From contig CAVTJJ010000004.1 in NCBI GenBank assembly GCA_963735035.1, forward strand, positions 1-64,000: 64,000 bases of DNA, read 5' to 3'. This stretch comes from an uncultured candidate division Zixibacteria bacterium. Its GTDB lineage: Bacteria; Zixibacteria; MSB-5A5; GN15; FEB-12. The translations under genes were made by a program, and so were the position numbers. The notes beneath the pieces were generated by a model. It did no database searches. It saw only the letters and a program-made list of their open reading frames with translations, and was not told where the DNA came from. Of this stretch, positions 39,401 through 49,983 are shown in pieces (position 1 is the stretch's first letter; each line of letters starts with the position of its first letter).

Positions 39401-41398
39401 ATGAAAGCTATGAAGGGCATCGTCTACGTAGGCGCGGTCGTGCTGTTTGGCGTCCTCGCCTACTTCGCATACCAGACACTCCGCGTCAAGAGCATCCCCG
39501 AGCGCCTGGCCGACATTATTCACATCGAAGACACCCGTCAGCCGGTCGACCGGCTGGAAGACTACCTCAACGACGATTCGGCGCGGGTCCGCTGCTACGC
39601 CGCGATGGCTATAGGTAGGATCGGAGCTGAGAACGCCGGGAAGCTGCTCATGGGGCATCTGACCGACTCGTCTCTTGATGTCGCCCGGACGGCTGCGTTC
39701 GCTATCGGTCTGACCGGCCAGAACCAGTGGGCCTCGTCGCTCGCCGACACCGCCCGCTCGCTCCCGTCCACTGTCGCCGCCCGCGCCATAAAATCGGCCG
39801 GACGGCTTGCTGACAGCACCATGACCCCGGTACACAACAAACTGGCCGGATATCTGGCCGATGCCTCCCCTGAAGTGCGAGAGGCGGCCTGTCTGGCGCT
39901 CTTCTACGCGCGAGCCAAAGCGACGGCCGAGGCGATTATCCCGGTGCTCGACCGCGAATTGGACCCCGGGGTGCAGAAAGCCGGGCTATTCGCGCTGGCG
40001 AGGCTGGGAGTCACGTCAGCGGGATCAGTCTATTCCAAATACCAGGCCGACCCTGACCCCGAAGTCCGAATGCTGGCCGTACAGGGGCTGGCGAAGGCCA
40101 ACATCTCCGACAAAGTCCGGCTGATTGCTCTGTCACTAAACGACGCCGACAACCGGGTGACCGCCCAGGCTATCGCGTCACTTCAAATTACCGCCGACTC
40201 CGGAGCCACTTATTATCTCGCCCGCAAGTTAGAAACGCAGGCCGATGAAAAATTAACGGTCGCCCTCCTCGGCGCCTTGCGGGCCCTTCGCAGCGACAAA
40301 GGTGTCGCCACCGCCGAAATGCATGTGAGTTCCGGGCTCAGAGAAAATGTTGTCGCGGCGGCTATCGGCTACCTCGCCGTAATCAAACAAGATCGAATCG
40401 TTCCGGTGATCGATTCCCTACTCAACACCAAGCCGCCGGCGCGGGTGCGGGTTGCCTGTGCGGACGCGTTCGCCGAGATCCACAACGCCTCGGTGATACC
40501 GCGTTTGGCCATGCTGTTCAAAGACGAAGACCCGATTGTGCGCGGCGCGGCTTTCGGACACCTGGTTGCAATCGATTCTACCCAGGTCGACTTGTACATC
40601 AAGATCGCGCTGGCCGATCCGGACAAGATGCCGATCGTCCTCGCGCTAGATCAAATCGGCCAGCGCAAACTGACCGGCTATCTTCCCCAGGTACAGAAAT
40701 TGATGGGCCGCGCCAAGGATCTCGACCTCGACATCCGACGCTCCCTGATCGACGTTGTCAGTAAGTATGTGGACACTCTCGGCACCGACAGCGCTCTGTC
40801 CGAGCTGGTTATCGAAGGGCTGAAGGACCCCGAATATATCGTTCGCCGTCAGGCCAATGATCTCTTCCGCGAGAAATTCGGCCACGACCGCTCCAACATG
40901 GTTGTACCGGCGGAGACCCGTATCACCGAGAAGCAGCTTCAGAAAGTAATGGCTGATACTTCCGGCCATCCAACGGCGCTGATTCAAACCAATCGCGGTG
41001 AAATAGAAATCGAGTTGTTGCCCGATGTCGCCCCATTGACCGTGCTGAATTTTATCGACCTGGCCCGCTCCGGTTTCTACGACGGGTTGAGTTTCCATCG
41101 GGTGGTACCCAATTTCGTAGTACAGGGTGGTTGTCCCCGGGGGGACGGCTGGGGCGGCCCGCCTTACTATATCCGATGTGAATACTCCGACGTTCCTTTC
41201 GAGCGCGGCACAGTCGGCATAGCGACGTCGGGCCACGACACCGGCGGCTCGCAATTCTTCATCTGTCATTCGCCGCAGCCGCATCTCGATGCCCGCTATA
41301 CCGTATTCGGTCAGGTACTCTCCGGAATGGATGTGGTCGATCAGATCGTAGTGGGTGATATCATTCAGAAGATCATTATCAATGAGAGTGGAAAATGA
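39401..41398 (+). CDS. HEAT-repeat protein with C-terminal cyclophilin-type PPIase
   Basis: VR..AA.A.G HEAT repeats; FYDGLSFHRVVPNFVVQGG, GGSQFFI, HLDARYTVFG. Confidence 0.93.
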   Translation: MKAMKGIVYVGAVVLFGVLAYFAYQTLRVKSIPERLADIIHIEDTRQPVDRLEDYLNDDSARVRCYAAMAIGRIGAENAGKLLMGHLTDSSLDVARTAAFAIGLTGQNQWASSLADTARSLPSTVAARAIKSAGRLADSTMTPVHNKLAGYLADASPEVREAACLALFYARAKATAEAIIPVLDRELDPGVQKAGLFALARLGVTSAGSVYSKYQADPDPEVRMLAVQGLAKANISDKVRLIALSLNDADNRVTAQAIASLQITADSGATYYLARKLETQADEKLTVALLGALRALRSDKGVATAEMHVSSGLRENVVAAAIGYLAVIKQDRIVPVIDSLLNTKPPARVRVACADAFAEIHNASVIPRLAMLFKDEDPIVRGAAFGHLVAIDSTQVDLYIKIALADPDKMPIVLALDQIGQRKLTGYLPQVQKLMGRAKDLDLDIRRSLIDVVSKYVDTLGTDSALSELVIEGLKDPEYIVRRQANDLFREKFGHDRSNMVVPAETRITEKQLQKVMADTSGHPTALIQTNRGEIEIELLPDVAPLTVLNFIDLARSGFYDGLSFHRVVPNFVVQGGCPRGDGWGGPPYYIRCEYSDVPFERGTVGIATSGHDTGGSQFFICHSPQPHLDARYTVFGQVLSGMDVVDQIVVGDIIQKIIINESGK

Positions 41399-42210
41399 AT
41401 CTCTTCAGAGTTCTGTTGTGTGTCATGCTGTTAGGCCTGGCGGCCGTTTCTGCCTCAGCCCAAACCGCCGCCGGTGGGATTGACCCCGAAGCACTGATCG
41501 AGCGCATCCTGGCAGTCGACAAGGTCCAGCGTGACCGGGTGAAGGATGTTTCTTTCGATGCCGAATATATCGAGCGCGAAGATATCGGCAATGGCGAATC
41601 GAAAGAGAAGGTCCGGTTCGAAAAGGAAGTCTTCATCAAGTATCTCCCGGACACTGCCTGGTACGCTGAGCGATACCTGGCCTTTTACGCTGAAGGCCAG
41701 TTGAAGAGTGACAGCGAGCTCAAGACCGAGGCGGCGGATCGTATGGAGAAGAAGAAACGCCGCAGCGCGCGCGACATCTCCTTCCCGATGCTCAAGCCGT
41801 TCTATGCTGCGGAGCGCGCCCTTTACGAAATTTCGTATGTCGGTATCGCCGACCAGCGCTTCGACGACCGTGTCTGCCATCAATTTCGGGTCTCGGCCAA
41901 GGAACCGTCCGACAGCCTTATCAACGGCGACTTCTACTTTGAAGCCGAGAATTTCCATCTGGTGCGAGTCGATTTTACGCCGTCGAAACTAGTCAAGCGA
42001 ATGATGTTCAAGCTCAAGTCGCTCGATATGAGCATCGCCTACGGACCAAACTCGGACGACATCTGGCTGCCCCGGCAGTTCGACATCCACGGCAAAGGCA
42101 AGGCGATGTTCTTTATCGGTGTGGACTTCGCCGGCACTGAATATTATCGCAAACCGCGGATCAATACCGGTCTGGCGGATTCGATCTTTGAGGAAAGCCA
42201 TGGCAACTGA
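41395..42210 (+). CDS. Hypothetical secreted protein
   Basis: Signal peptide ending ASA-Q; beta-rich, with WLP motif; overlaps both neighbours. Confidence 0.75.
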   Translation: MNLFRVLLCVMLLGLAAVSASAQTAAGGIDPEALIERILAVDKVQRDRVKDVSFDAEYIEREDIGNGESKEKVRFEKEVFIKYLPDTAWYAERYLAFYAEGQLKSDSELKTEAADRMEKKKRRSARDISFPMLKPFYAAERALYEISYVGIADQRFDDRVCHQFRVSAKEPSDSLINGDFYFEAENFHLVRVDFTPSKLVKRMMFKLKSLDMSIAYGPNSDDIWLPRQFDIHGKGKAMFFIGVDFAGTEYYRKPRINTGLADSIFEESHGN

Positions 42211-42703
42211 CAGAGGTTTTCGAGAACATGTTGTCCGGGTGAATGTCCCCGACGGCATGAACGTTATTTTCGGCCAGTCCCATTTCATCAAGACGACCGA
42301 GGATCTCTATGAGACACTCGTCTGTTCGTCGACCACTCTCAAGTTCGGTATCGCCTTCTGCGAGGCGTCCGGCAAGCGATTGATTCGCACCGACGGCAAC
42401 GACCCGGAAATGATCGAGCTGGCGGAGAAGTCGGCTTACGATATCGGCTGCGGGCACGCTTTCTTTGTCTACTTGCGCGGCGGCTTTCCTATCAATGTCC
42501 TGGGCCGGATAAGAAATCTCGACGAAGTCTGCTCGATATATTGCGCTACCGCCAACCCGCTTCAAGTTATCGTGGCCGAAACCGACCTCGGGCGCGGCGT
42601 GCTGGGAGTAATCGACGGCCAGACGCCCCTCGGAATTGAGGGCGACGACGACAAGCAGGAGCGCCTGCAGTTTCTCCGAAAGATCGGTTACAAACGCGGC
42701 TGA
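42200..42703 (+). CDS. Adenosine-specific kinase family (DUF355)
   Basis: [44 protein letters not shown] motifs. Confidence 0.92.
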   Translation: MATDRGFREHVVRVNVPDGMNVIFGQSHFIKTTEDLYETLVCSSTTLKFGIAFCEASGKRLIRTDGNDPEMIELAEKSAYDIGCGHAFFVYLRGGFPINVLGRIRNLDEVCSIYCATANPLQVIVAETDLGRGVLGVIDGQTPLGIEGDDDKQERLQFLRKIGYKRG

Positions 42704-42898
42704 AACAGCTTTCCGGCGATTGGCCTGAAACAAGGAAATCAATGCAAGTCTGAGGTTAGAAAACCCCATGCTGTAATCCTTGCGCTATGGTAATTTCGAA
42801 CTATCTTGTCGCGACTGAAAGGCAACTTTGATTGGTACCGGACAGCTTGTCGCGGGTACCAAATGCAGCAACTTGAAACAGAAAGATGAACTTACATT

Positions 42899-43102
42899 AT
42901 GCGTTTTGAATTGGAACGATCTGAAACCGAGAAACTGATTGTCGAAAGCAGTGAATACAAAGGTATGGACCTGGTATCGCTGCGGATATATTTCCTGAGC
43001 AAGGAAGAAGAGTGGCTGCCCACCAAGAAGGGTGTCACGTTCCGTCGGGAGCAGCTCGACGAAGTTCTCGGTTTCCTGACTCAGATCAAAGCCGAAAAGT
43101 AG
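42899..43102 (+). CDS. PC4/p15-family ssDNA-binding protein
   Basis: EYKG...V.LR.Y....EW.PTKKGV motif. Confidence 0.85.
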   Translation: MRFELERSETEKLIVESSEYKGMDLVSLRIYFLSKEEEWLPTKKGVTFRREQLDEVLGFLTQIKAEK

Positions 43103-43114
43103 CGCAACAATTAG

Positions 43115-43260
43115 TAGGACAGGTTTGTCTTCAAACCTGCCATTGTTGGCGGGTTTGAAGCAGACCCGCCCTACAAGATAACGAGTTCGCGTGTTGTCAG
43201 GTTCTTTGTAGGTCGGCGTTTCCGAGGCGCGAGCGTAGCGAGCGACGAGAAAACCCGACA
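43115..43260. repeat. GTAG-REP cluster
   Basis: GTAGGACAGGTTTG..CAAACCTGCC / GGCGGGTTTG..ACCCGCCCTAC doublet plus GTAGGTCGG..CCGAC. Confidence 0.82.
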
Positions 43261-43272
43261 TCCGCTTACTAG

Positions 43273-44118
43273 TTGAATGTCCCGACCGTGCTCAACTTCA
43301 CCACCAACAAGAAACGCCTGCTCCAACATTTCCAAAGGGACCCGGTCCTCTTCGCCTATCATATCGGCGACCTCGACGACTTCTACTTCGGCGACTGCTT
43401 CTGGCCGTCGGTCGCAAACGACCGGAGCGGCCTTGACGATGTCCTGTTGACTTACACCGGCGGTGACACCCCCACACTGTTGGCGTTCGGCCTGAGTGAC
43501 CGTTTCGTCGATTTATTGCGTAACTACTTGCCGCTAGCGCCACGCCGGTTCTTCTGTCATTTCCAGAAATCGCACCGAGAGCTCTTCCGCGAGTTCTGCA
43601 AGGAAACTCCGCTCGGGACGCATTTGAAGATGAAACTGGACGAGAAGCTGTTCGCGGATTCTGGTAGGTCGGGACCCTTGTGCCTGCTCGCCGAGGCGAC
43701 GTCCCGACGGTGTCCGCAGAACGACGCCCCCATCCGCCTTGATTCATCGTATGAACCAGCTCTCCGCAAACTCTACTCAGCCGCCTATCCCGCAAACTAC
43801 TTCGTGCCTAAGATGCTTCAGACCGGCAAGTATTACGGATATATGGATCGTGGCTCGATAACAGCCGTCGCCGGAGTACACGTGGTTTCAGATGAACATC
43901 GTATCGCCGTGCTGGGCAATATCACCACCCACCCTGAATACCGCGGTCGAGGTTTGGCGACCGAGTTGACGCGAGTGTTGACCGCTGAGCTGGTAGCTGA
44001 GGGAAAGATGGTCTGCCTGAATGTGAAGGCGGACAACGCGGCCGCGATCGCCTGTTATGGCAAACTCGGCTTCGTCCCGGTGCATGAATACGAAGAGGCG
44101 CTATTTGAGTTGAGGTAG
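43273..44118 (+). CDS. GNAT acetyltransferase (FR47-like) with internal REP-derived insertion
   Basis: GNITTHPEYRGRGLA, LNV..DN..AI..Y.KLGF motifs. Confidence 0.9.
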   Translation: MNVPTVLNFTTNKKRLLQHFQRDPVLFAYHIGDLDDFYFGDCFWPSVANDRSGLDDVLLTYTGGDTPTLLAFGLSDRFVDLLRNYLPLAPRRFFCHFQKSHRELFREFCKETPLGTHLKMKLDEKLFADSGRSGPLCLLAEATSRRCPQNDAPIRLDSSYEPALRKLYSAAYPANYFVPKMLQTGKYYGYMDRGSITAVAGVHVVSDEHRIAVLGNITTHPEYRGRGLATELTRVLTAELVAEGKMVCLNVKADNAAAIACYGKLGFVPVHEYEEALFELR

Positions 44119-44160
44119 CCTTCGTAGCGCGGGATCGTTGCGCGGGATCCCTGCGACAGC

Positions 44161-44280
44161 CTTGCCCCGCTTCCCTATTCTGTCTTGCCCCCGCTTCCCC
44201 AATCTGTCTTGCCCCGCTTCCCTAATCTGTCTTGCCCCGCTTCCCCAATCTGTCTTGCCCCGCTTCAGGCGGGGCACCCA
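44161..44280 (+). repeat. Five tandem ~23-bp half-REP units ending in a complete hairpin
   Basis: (TCTGT)CTTGCCCCGCTTC x5; last copy continues AGGCGGGGCACCCA. Confidence 0.9.
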
Positions 44281-44482
44281 TCTGCAGTTGTAGATCGAAA
44301 CCAGGCCGCTTCGGACGTTTTCGAGATCCCGATTTGTGTTGGTGCCCTAGCCAGGTGCCCCAGCGCTTGCGCTGGGCACTATTAAGACAAAACCCCTCGA
44401 CCATTTTGGTCGGGGGGTCCTGCCGATCTTCAGGATAGCAGAATCATCCCCCGTGGCGGCGGGAGGATTCTGCCGTGCAAGC

Positions 44483-45520
44483 CTACAGCTCTTTCCAGAT
44501 GAATGTGTACCAGCGGCTGGTCAACACTCCGCCGATATTGGCGTAGTAGCTTTCAATCTTCATCTTGTACACCTTGCCGTTCACCTTCACAAGGTACACG
44601 TAGTCCTTGGAAAGCATCCTGTGCAACGGCTCTCCGGTGTAGTTGTACCAGTCTGAGAAGACCGAGGAAGAACCATCTGGCACCATCGACGGTCCGGTCG
44701 GCTGTGCTGTGTACTCGTCAATGTTAGTCGAGTCGGTAAGTGTGGCGTACGCATCAAAAGCAGCGGCGACTCCAGGGCCGTGCGGGCCCGAGTTAAGCAT
44801 GACGTCGTAAGCTGAGAAAGCGATGTCCCAGTCGGTCGAGGTGCTCGGATCTGTCGGGGATACCGTTGAACCGGAGGAGAAATCAAAATATGCCGTGCCG
44901 CTTTCTACAACGACCGACGCCGTTGACGTTGTTCCGCTCAAGTCTTTGGAGTTGGCAGTGGGTTGATAATAGTAGGTCAGATAGACGGTTCCCATATCCG
45001 GTGGCTGGGCGGCGCCAACCAGGGAGTCAATCCGGAATTTGATATAGTTGTCACCTTCGGCGTCAACCATAGAATAGACATGCTTCGTCGGCAGCATCAG
45101 GTGATCCGGTGGTCCCGTATAGATGTACCAGTCATCCACGGCGAAGCTGATTCCATCTGCTTGCCATGATATTCCGGCAGTATCTGCTAATACGATGCTG
45201 TCGAAATCAACCGTGTCGAGGTTATGCCCCGTCGCATTCCCGCCGTCAGTGGTCGACGTGCCACCGTCAAGCTTGATCGTCGCAATCCTGAACGCTATGT
45301 CCCAGCTCGAACTGGTGGTGTCTTTCGTAGTGAACGAGAACCCTTTGAAAACAGTTGCATTGTTCGCGTCCAATGTCGTGCGCCAGAAACCGCTGTCGTT
45401 CCAGGTTGTGGTCACCACATTGGCCGGTCCGTTATCTTTCGGCTTGACCGGGTTATCGTCCGAGCAGCCGATTATCGCCGCCAGCGACACGATAATTGCT
45501 AATGCGAAAAGTCTCTTCAT
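44483..45520 (-). CDS. hmuY: HmuY-family heme-binding lipoprotein (two HmuY-like domains)
   Basis: Lipobox IIGC; two WDIAF motifs; WYIY..H and WYNY..H; Y.K..I.S motifs. Confidence 0.85.
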   Translation of the reverse strand: MKRLFALAIIVSLAAIIGCSDDNPVKPKDNGPANVVTTTWNDSGFWRTTLDANNATVFKGFSFTTKDTTSSSWDIAFRIATIKLDGGTSTTDGGNATGHNLDTVDFDSIVLADTAGISWQADGISFAVDDWYIYTGPPDHLMLPTKHVYSMVDAEGDNYIKFRIDSLVGAAQPPDMGTVYLTYYYQPTANSKDLSGTTSTASVVVESGTAYFDFSSGSTVSPTDPSTSTDWDIAFSAYDVMLNSGPHGPGVAAAFDAYATLTDSTNIDEYTAQPTGPSMVPDGSSSVFSDWYNYTGEPLHRMLSKDYVYLVKVNGKVYKMKIESYYANIGGVLTSRWYTFIWKEL

Positions 45521-45548
45521 CTATCAATCCTCCAAATAGTGTTATATA

Positions 45549-47762
45549 TCAATTGCTTACAGACCAATCATATTTTATCCCGGCGTACAGACTGCGTCCG
45601 GGCCAGTAGCCGTAGCGCAGATTCACTTGATCCAGGAGATTTTCCAGCCGCACATAGGCTTCAAGTCCGCCGATCTTCTTGAACACATTCAAATTGAGCG
45701 TCGCCCGCGCCCGCGCCCACTCGTCAGGAGTCCCTTCATTGCCGCCCGTGTTCGTGCGCGGTACGAATAGTTTGCGCGATTGATAGGTACCCCAGAACGT
45801 GCCACCGATCCCCAGCTTGTCATAGAAGCCGCTCAATGAAAACTTCAAGGTGTGCGAAGGACGGTTCGTCAACGGCTGACCTGTGCTCAAATTCAGGCTC
45901 TTCAGGTAGTCGTAGGAAAACGAGATGTCAACATTCTGTGACAGCCTCACTCGTGATTCCCATTCGATACCTTGCGTAGTGGCACGTTCAATGTTCTGGT
46001 ATACATAGATACCGCGATAATATTTCGTAGAGCTTCCGATCATGATGAAGTCAATCAGGTCGTTCAGATGATTATAGAAGTATGTGATGCGATGCATACC
46101 GATTGTACCGTATGAAAACTCGGCCGAAATCGAGGCATTAAGCGAGTTCTCATCTTTGAGAGGTCGGTACGTGAGGTGCCCCGCTCGCGCCAGGCTATCG
46201 GCATTGTCAACCAGGCCGCCATATACTACATATCCTGCGGCCGTGTGATCGAACGTAAAGTACTGTTCCTTGATCGACGGCGCCCGGAAACCATAACCGG
46301 TGAAACCACGCAGCTTGACCTGTTCACTTGGCTGATACATGATATTGATCGATGGATTGGTCTTGCCGCCGAACGAGCTGTGATGTTCGTAGCGCACTCC
46401 GGGGAGAAAAGTCCATTTCTTGAAAGGACTGTACTCATACTGAAGATAAGCGTCGCCCGCCTCATCAGCCTTCTTCTCCTGGGCAAGGTCGCTCGACTTC
46501 AAATCCTGATAGTTGTAATCGAATCCATAAGTGGCGACATGGTTCTGGCCGATCACATAATTTGAGCTGTACGAGGTTTGTAGGAACACGTCTTTTGTCT
46601 TCGACGTATCCACCCACGTACCAAACTCACGCTCTACCTTGTTCCATTGATGGTCATAGTAGCTGCCGTAGAACCGCAGGTTCATTGAGTACTTGTCGCC
46701 GGAGAGATAGTCGAGGTTCATAGAGCCGTCGTAACGGTCATTGAATTCGGCGTCATCGTAAACCATCAAGACGGGTTCGGACTCGGATTCCACCCAATTG
46801 CGGTCCTCGTTCATCCACCGCCCCGATCCGGTCACGCTCCAGCGGTCGGTCAGTTTGTAGCGAAGTTTGCCGTCAAGGTTGACCCGGTCGATAGCGTCCC
46901 CACCGTTAGTATGCGGTGTGGACTTGTCCAGATCGAAACCGTCCGTGTGGTAGTATTTCGCTCCCCCGCTTGCTCCCCACTTGTTATTGCTCAATTCGAG
47001 CGCCAGTTCAGGATTGAAAGTCCCGTAGGCCCCGTAATCGGTGCGTAGATTAGCGCTCCTGGTGTGATTCTGGATCTTCTTCGTGATGATATTGATCACG
47101 CCGCCCATGGCGTCGGAACCGTACAGGGTCGACCCGGTCCCTTTGATAATCTCAATCTTGTCTACATTAGACAGCGAGAACTGACCGAGGTCCAACCCGC
47201 CGTTCACCCGGCCCACCGCCCGCTCACCGTCGATAAGTACCAGAATTCTGTCACCTTCGACCCCTCTGATAATTGCCCCCTTGCCGGAGAGATCATCATT
47301 AATGGCGACACCTATCGAAGACGACAGCGCTTCGTCCACCGTGGTCGCGCCGGTCCGCTGGAAGTCACGCTGTGTAACTACTTCGGTTTGCACCGGGACA
47401 TTCTTCAACAAGTGCGGCGAGCGCGTGCCGGTGACAACCACATCTTCGAGTACCCACGGTCGGGGTATAAGCGTAACATCCAAAAACGTCGTGTCCTTCA
47501 CGACCATTTTCAACGTATCGCTGAGGTCATAGGTTACATGGGACACTACCAGACGGTAAGTGCTGTCGGGCAGATTCTTGAATTCGTACTCGCCGTGACG
47601 TGACGATTCAATGACCGTATCCAGTTCTACGATCTGGACATTGGCTCCCCAGATCGGATTACCTGTCTCGGAATCAATTACGCGGCCTCTAAGAGTCCCC
47701 GCGTTTGCGGAAATCACTACAAATGAGCTTGCAATCAGGGTCAGATATATCAATGGACGCAT
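45549..47762 (-). CDS. TonB-dependent receptor (HmuR/CirA-like)
   Basis: VVVTGTR TonB box, LVLIDG, IEIIKG.GSTLYGSDAMGGVINIITK, GFRAPS, ENLLD motifs. Confidence 0.95.
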   Translation of the reverse strand: MRPLIYLTLIASSFVVISANAGTLRGRVIDSETGNPIWGANVQIVELDTVIESSRHGEYEFKNLPDSTYRLVVSHVTYDLSDTLKMVVKDTTFLDVTLIPRPWVLEDVVVTGTRSPHLLKNVPVQTEVVTQRDFQRTGATTVDEALSSSIGVAINDDLSGKGAIIRGVEGDRILVLIDGERAVGRVNGGLDLGQFSLSNVDKIEIIKGTGSTLYGSDAMGGVINIITKKIQNHTRSANLRTDYGAYGTFNPELALELSNNKWGASGGAKYYHTDGFDLDKSTPHTNGGDAIDRVNLDGKLRYKLTDRWSVTGSGRWMNEDRNWVESESEPVLMVYDDAEFNDRYDGSMNLDYLSGDKYSMNLRFYGSYYDHQWNKVEREFGTWVDTSKTKDVFLQTSYSSNYVIGQNHVATYGFDYNYQDLKSSDLAQEKKADEAGDAYLQYEYSPFKKWTFLPGVRYEHHSSFGGKTNPSINIMYQPSEQVKLRGFTGYGFRAPSIKEQYFTFDHTAAGYVVYGGLVDNADSLARAGHLTYRPLKDENSLNASISAEFSYGTIGMHRITYFYNHLNDLIDFIMIGSSTKYYRGIYVYQNIERATTQGIEWESRVRLSQNVDISFSYDYLKSLNLSTGQPLTNRPSHTLKFSLSGFYDKLGIGGTFWGTYQSRKLFVPRTNTGGNEGTPDEWARARATLNLNVFKKIGGLEAYVRLENLLDQVNLRYGYWPGRSLYAGIKYDWSVSN

Positions 47763-47821
47763 CGGAAAACCTTTTAACTCCAGTTCATCGGTCGGCCATT
47801 ATAGATCATTTAGGGGTTGTT

Positions 47822-47873
47822 TTGTCATGATTCTGTCACGCCCAATAATATTTTCTTGTCATAGGAATGTCAT
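47822..47873. promoter_or_regulatory. Two OmpR/PhoB-type direct-repeat boxes
   Basis: TTGTCAT-N4-CTGTCAC and TTGTCAT-N4-ATGTCAT, each with 11-bp period. Confidence 0.6.
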
Positions 47874-48105
47874 GAACCACAATTGCTTAAATAGCAACCA
47901 CGTGGGCTGGTGCGGTCTTATATGAATTGATAGAAGCTGATGAATATATGAGGGAACGGTTAAATGGACTAGAGCGAGAATAAACAACGTGCCCGGCAGA
48001 TGCCCACATCTGCCGGCTCGTATTGATGCCGCAGAATCGAGATCGCCGCGCTACGACGCCCCGCTTGGCGGGTCATCTCTCCCCGCAATGACCAGGTTAC
48101 ATGGA

Positions 48106-49047
48106 CTAGCGCGAGAATTTCCGCGCGGCGCGTTCCATCTTCGGACTGGACAGCTTCTGGAGCTCGCGGCGAAGTCTGACAATGGCTTGCTCATCCAGGC
48201 GCGCCAGCTTGCGGGCGAATGACCCGGACTCGATTTCTCGGAACAGCCGTTCCATTTCAGTCCGGGCACTGCGATTGATAATCCGCGGCCCGGCGATCGA
48301 TGAGCCGAATCGCGCTGCCGGTGAAATCCGCTCCAACATCCCGACGACACCATGCTTCTTGATAAGCGCGACGATGAGATCGAGCTGATAAGCAACTTCC
48401 AGCCAGGCGTTCTCAGCTTTCCAGCCATGTTTGACAAGCGTAGCGAATCCCGACTTGATGAGCATCGCCAACCCGCCGCAGAGCACCGCCTGTTCGCCGA
48501 ACAGATCCCCCACCGCTTCCTGCGCGAAACTGGTCTTAATCAGGTTCTTCTTTCGCACACCGATCCCGTCGGCCAGAGAAAGGGCTGTCGACGTTGCCTT
48601 GCCGCTCCGATTCTTCGCCACACCGTAGAACGCTGAAAGGGATCGATCTCCGAGATATGCCTCGCGTACCGCCCGACCCGGGGCGTGAGGCGCCACGAGG
48701 ATGACATCGCACCCGGTCGGCGGAGTCAGCAGCCCAAAATGGACCGAAGTGCTGTGCAGGAACCAGAGGGTCGCCTTATTCTTGAGCGACGGTTCTATAC
48801 TGCGCTGGAAGACTCGCGCATGAAGGTGATCCGGGAAAGCGAAACAGACAATGTCCGCTTGTTCGACCGCCGCCGGGATCGTGTTGACCGTCACCCGGTC
48901 GACCCTGGCTTTTCGTCTCGATTTCGACTTAGGCCTAAGGCCGACCGTTACCTCGAACCCGGAATCGCGCAGGTTCTGGGCGATGGCCCGCCCCTGTGAG
49001 CCATAGCCGATAACCGCCACCGATTTAGCTTTCCGCGAGCGCGTCAT
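48106..49047 (-). CDS. ilvC: Ketol-acid reductoisomerase
   Basis: IGYGSQGRA.AQNLRDSG, DLFGEQAVLCGG motifs. Confidence 0.95.
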   Translation of the reverse strand: MTRSRKAKSVAVIGYGSQGRAIAQNLRDSGFEVTVGLRPKSKSRRKARVDRVTVNTIPAAVEQADIVCFAFPDHLHARVFQRSIEPSLKNKATLWFLHSTSVHFGLLTPPTGCDVILVAPHAPGRAVREAYLGDRSLSAFYGVAKNRSGKATSTALSLADGIGVRKKNLIKTSFAQEAVGDLFGEQAVLCGGLAMLIKSGFATLVKHGWKAENAWLEVAYQLDLIVALIKKHGVVGMLERISPAARFGSSIAGPRIINRSARTEMERLFREIESGSFARKLARLDEQAIVRLRRELQKLSSPKMERAARKFSR

Positions 49048-49095
49048 AGCCGTAATATACGCATCGGATCACCGACCGCAACCTGTTGGAATACC

Positions 49096-49983
49096 ATGGA
49101 CGCCTATCATCAGCAGATGCTCGATCTGGTCCGGGCCGCCCTTTGCGAGGATATCGGCCCCGGCGATATTACCTCACTGGCCTGCCTTCAGCCGGAACGG
49201 ATCAAAGCGGAGATAATCGCCAAGTCCGACGGAATCGTTTCGGGGATTGAGCCGGTCATGCTCGTCTTTCATCTGGTCGATTCGGCTATTCGGGTGCAGT
49301 TTTCCAAGCGCGACGGGGATAGATTCAGCCGGGGCGACCGTATTGCTGAAATCGACGGTTTCAACCAGCCCATTATGACCGGCGAGCGGACAGCGCTCAA
49401 TTTCCTGGGTCATCTAAGTGGTATCGCCACTATTACCGGACAGTTTGTAGAGCAACTGAACGGCACCAACTGCCGCATTCTCGATACCCGCAAGACCACC
49501 CCGGGGCAACGTCTGTTGGAAAAGCGGGCCGTTCTCCACGGTGGGGGTACCAATCACCGGATCGGGCTGTTCGACATGGTGCTGATAAAAGACAACCATA
49601 TCGCCGCCGCCGGGTCGATCAGCCAGGCCGTGGAGCTGACGCGTGAGTATCTTCACACGGTCGAGTGCCGCCAGCATTTTGGCCCCACTGGTCAGATTCA
49701 GGTCGAGGTCGAAGTAACCAATGAGGCTGAACTGAGAGAAGCGCTCGCTGCGGGCGTCGACCGTCTCCTGCTCGACAACCAGACTCCCGAATCGCTGGCC
49801 CGTCTGGTAGCGATGGCCCGTCAGTTGAATCCGAAAGTACAGTTGGAGGCGTCCGGCAATGTCACGCTGGACAATGTTACCGCCATTGCCGCCACCGGGG
49901 TTGATTTTATTTCGTCGGGCGCACTTACCCATTCCGCCCCGAATTCCGACTTCTCGCTTCGCGTAGTGAGCCAGACCAAATGA
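49096..49983 (+). CDS. nadC: Nicotinate-nucleotide diphosphorylase (carboxylating)
   Basis: ERTALN, DTRKTTPG, NHRIGLFD, IKDNH, LLDN, EASG motifs. Confidence 0.97.
   Translation: MDAYHQQMLDLVRAALCEDIGPGDITSLACLQPERIKAEIIAKSDGIVSGIEPVMLVFHLVDSAIRVQFSKRDGDRFSRGDRIAEIDGFNQPIMTGERTALNFLGHLSGIATITGQFVEQLNGTNCRILDTRKTTPGQRLLEKRAVLHGGGTNHRIGLFDMVLIKDNHIAAAGSISQAVELTREYLHTVECRQHFGPTGQIQVEVEVTNEAELREALAAGVDRLLLDNQTPESLARLVAMARQLNPKVQLEASGNVTLDNVTAIAATGVDFISSGALTHSAPNSDFSLRVVSQTK

Noticed and set aside
42870..42884. 15-bp exact match AACTTGAAACAGAAA with 22400-22414 (reverse), both upstream of genes
   Set aside because: Only two AT-rich copies and no symmetry; cannot be distinguished from chance or a loose IHF-like site.
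44161..44280. CRISPR array or iterons
   Set aside because: Tandem units with no unique spacers, derived from a REP arm.
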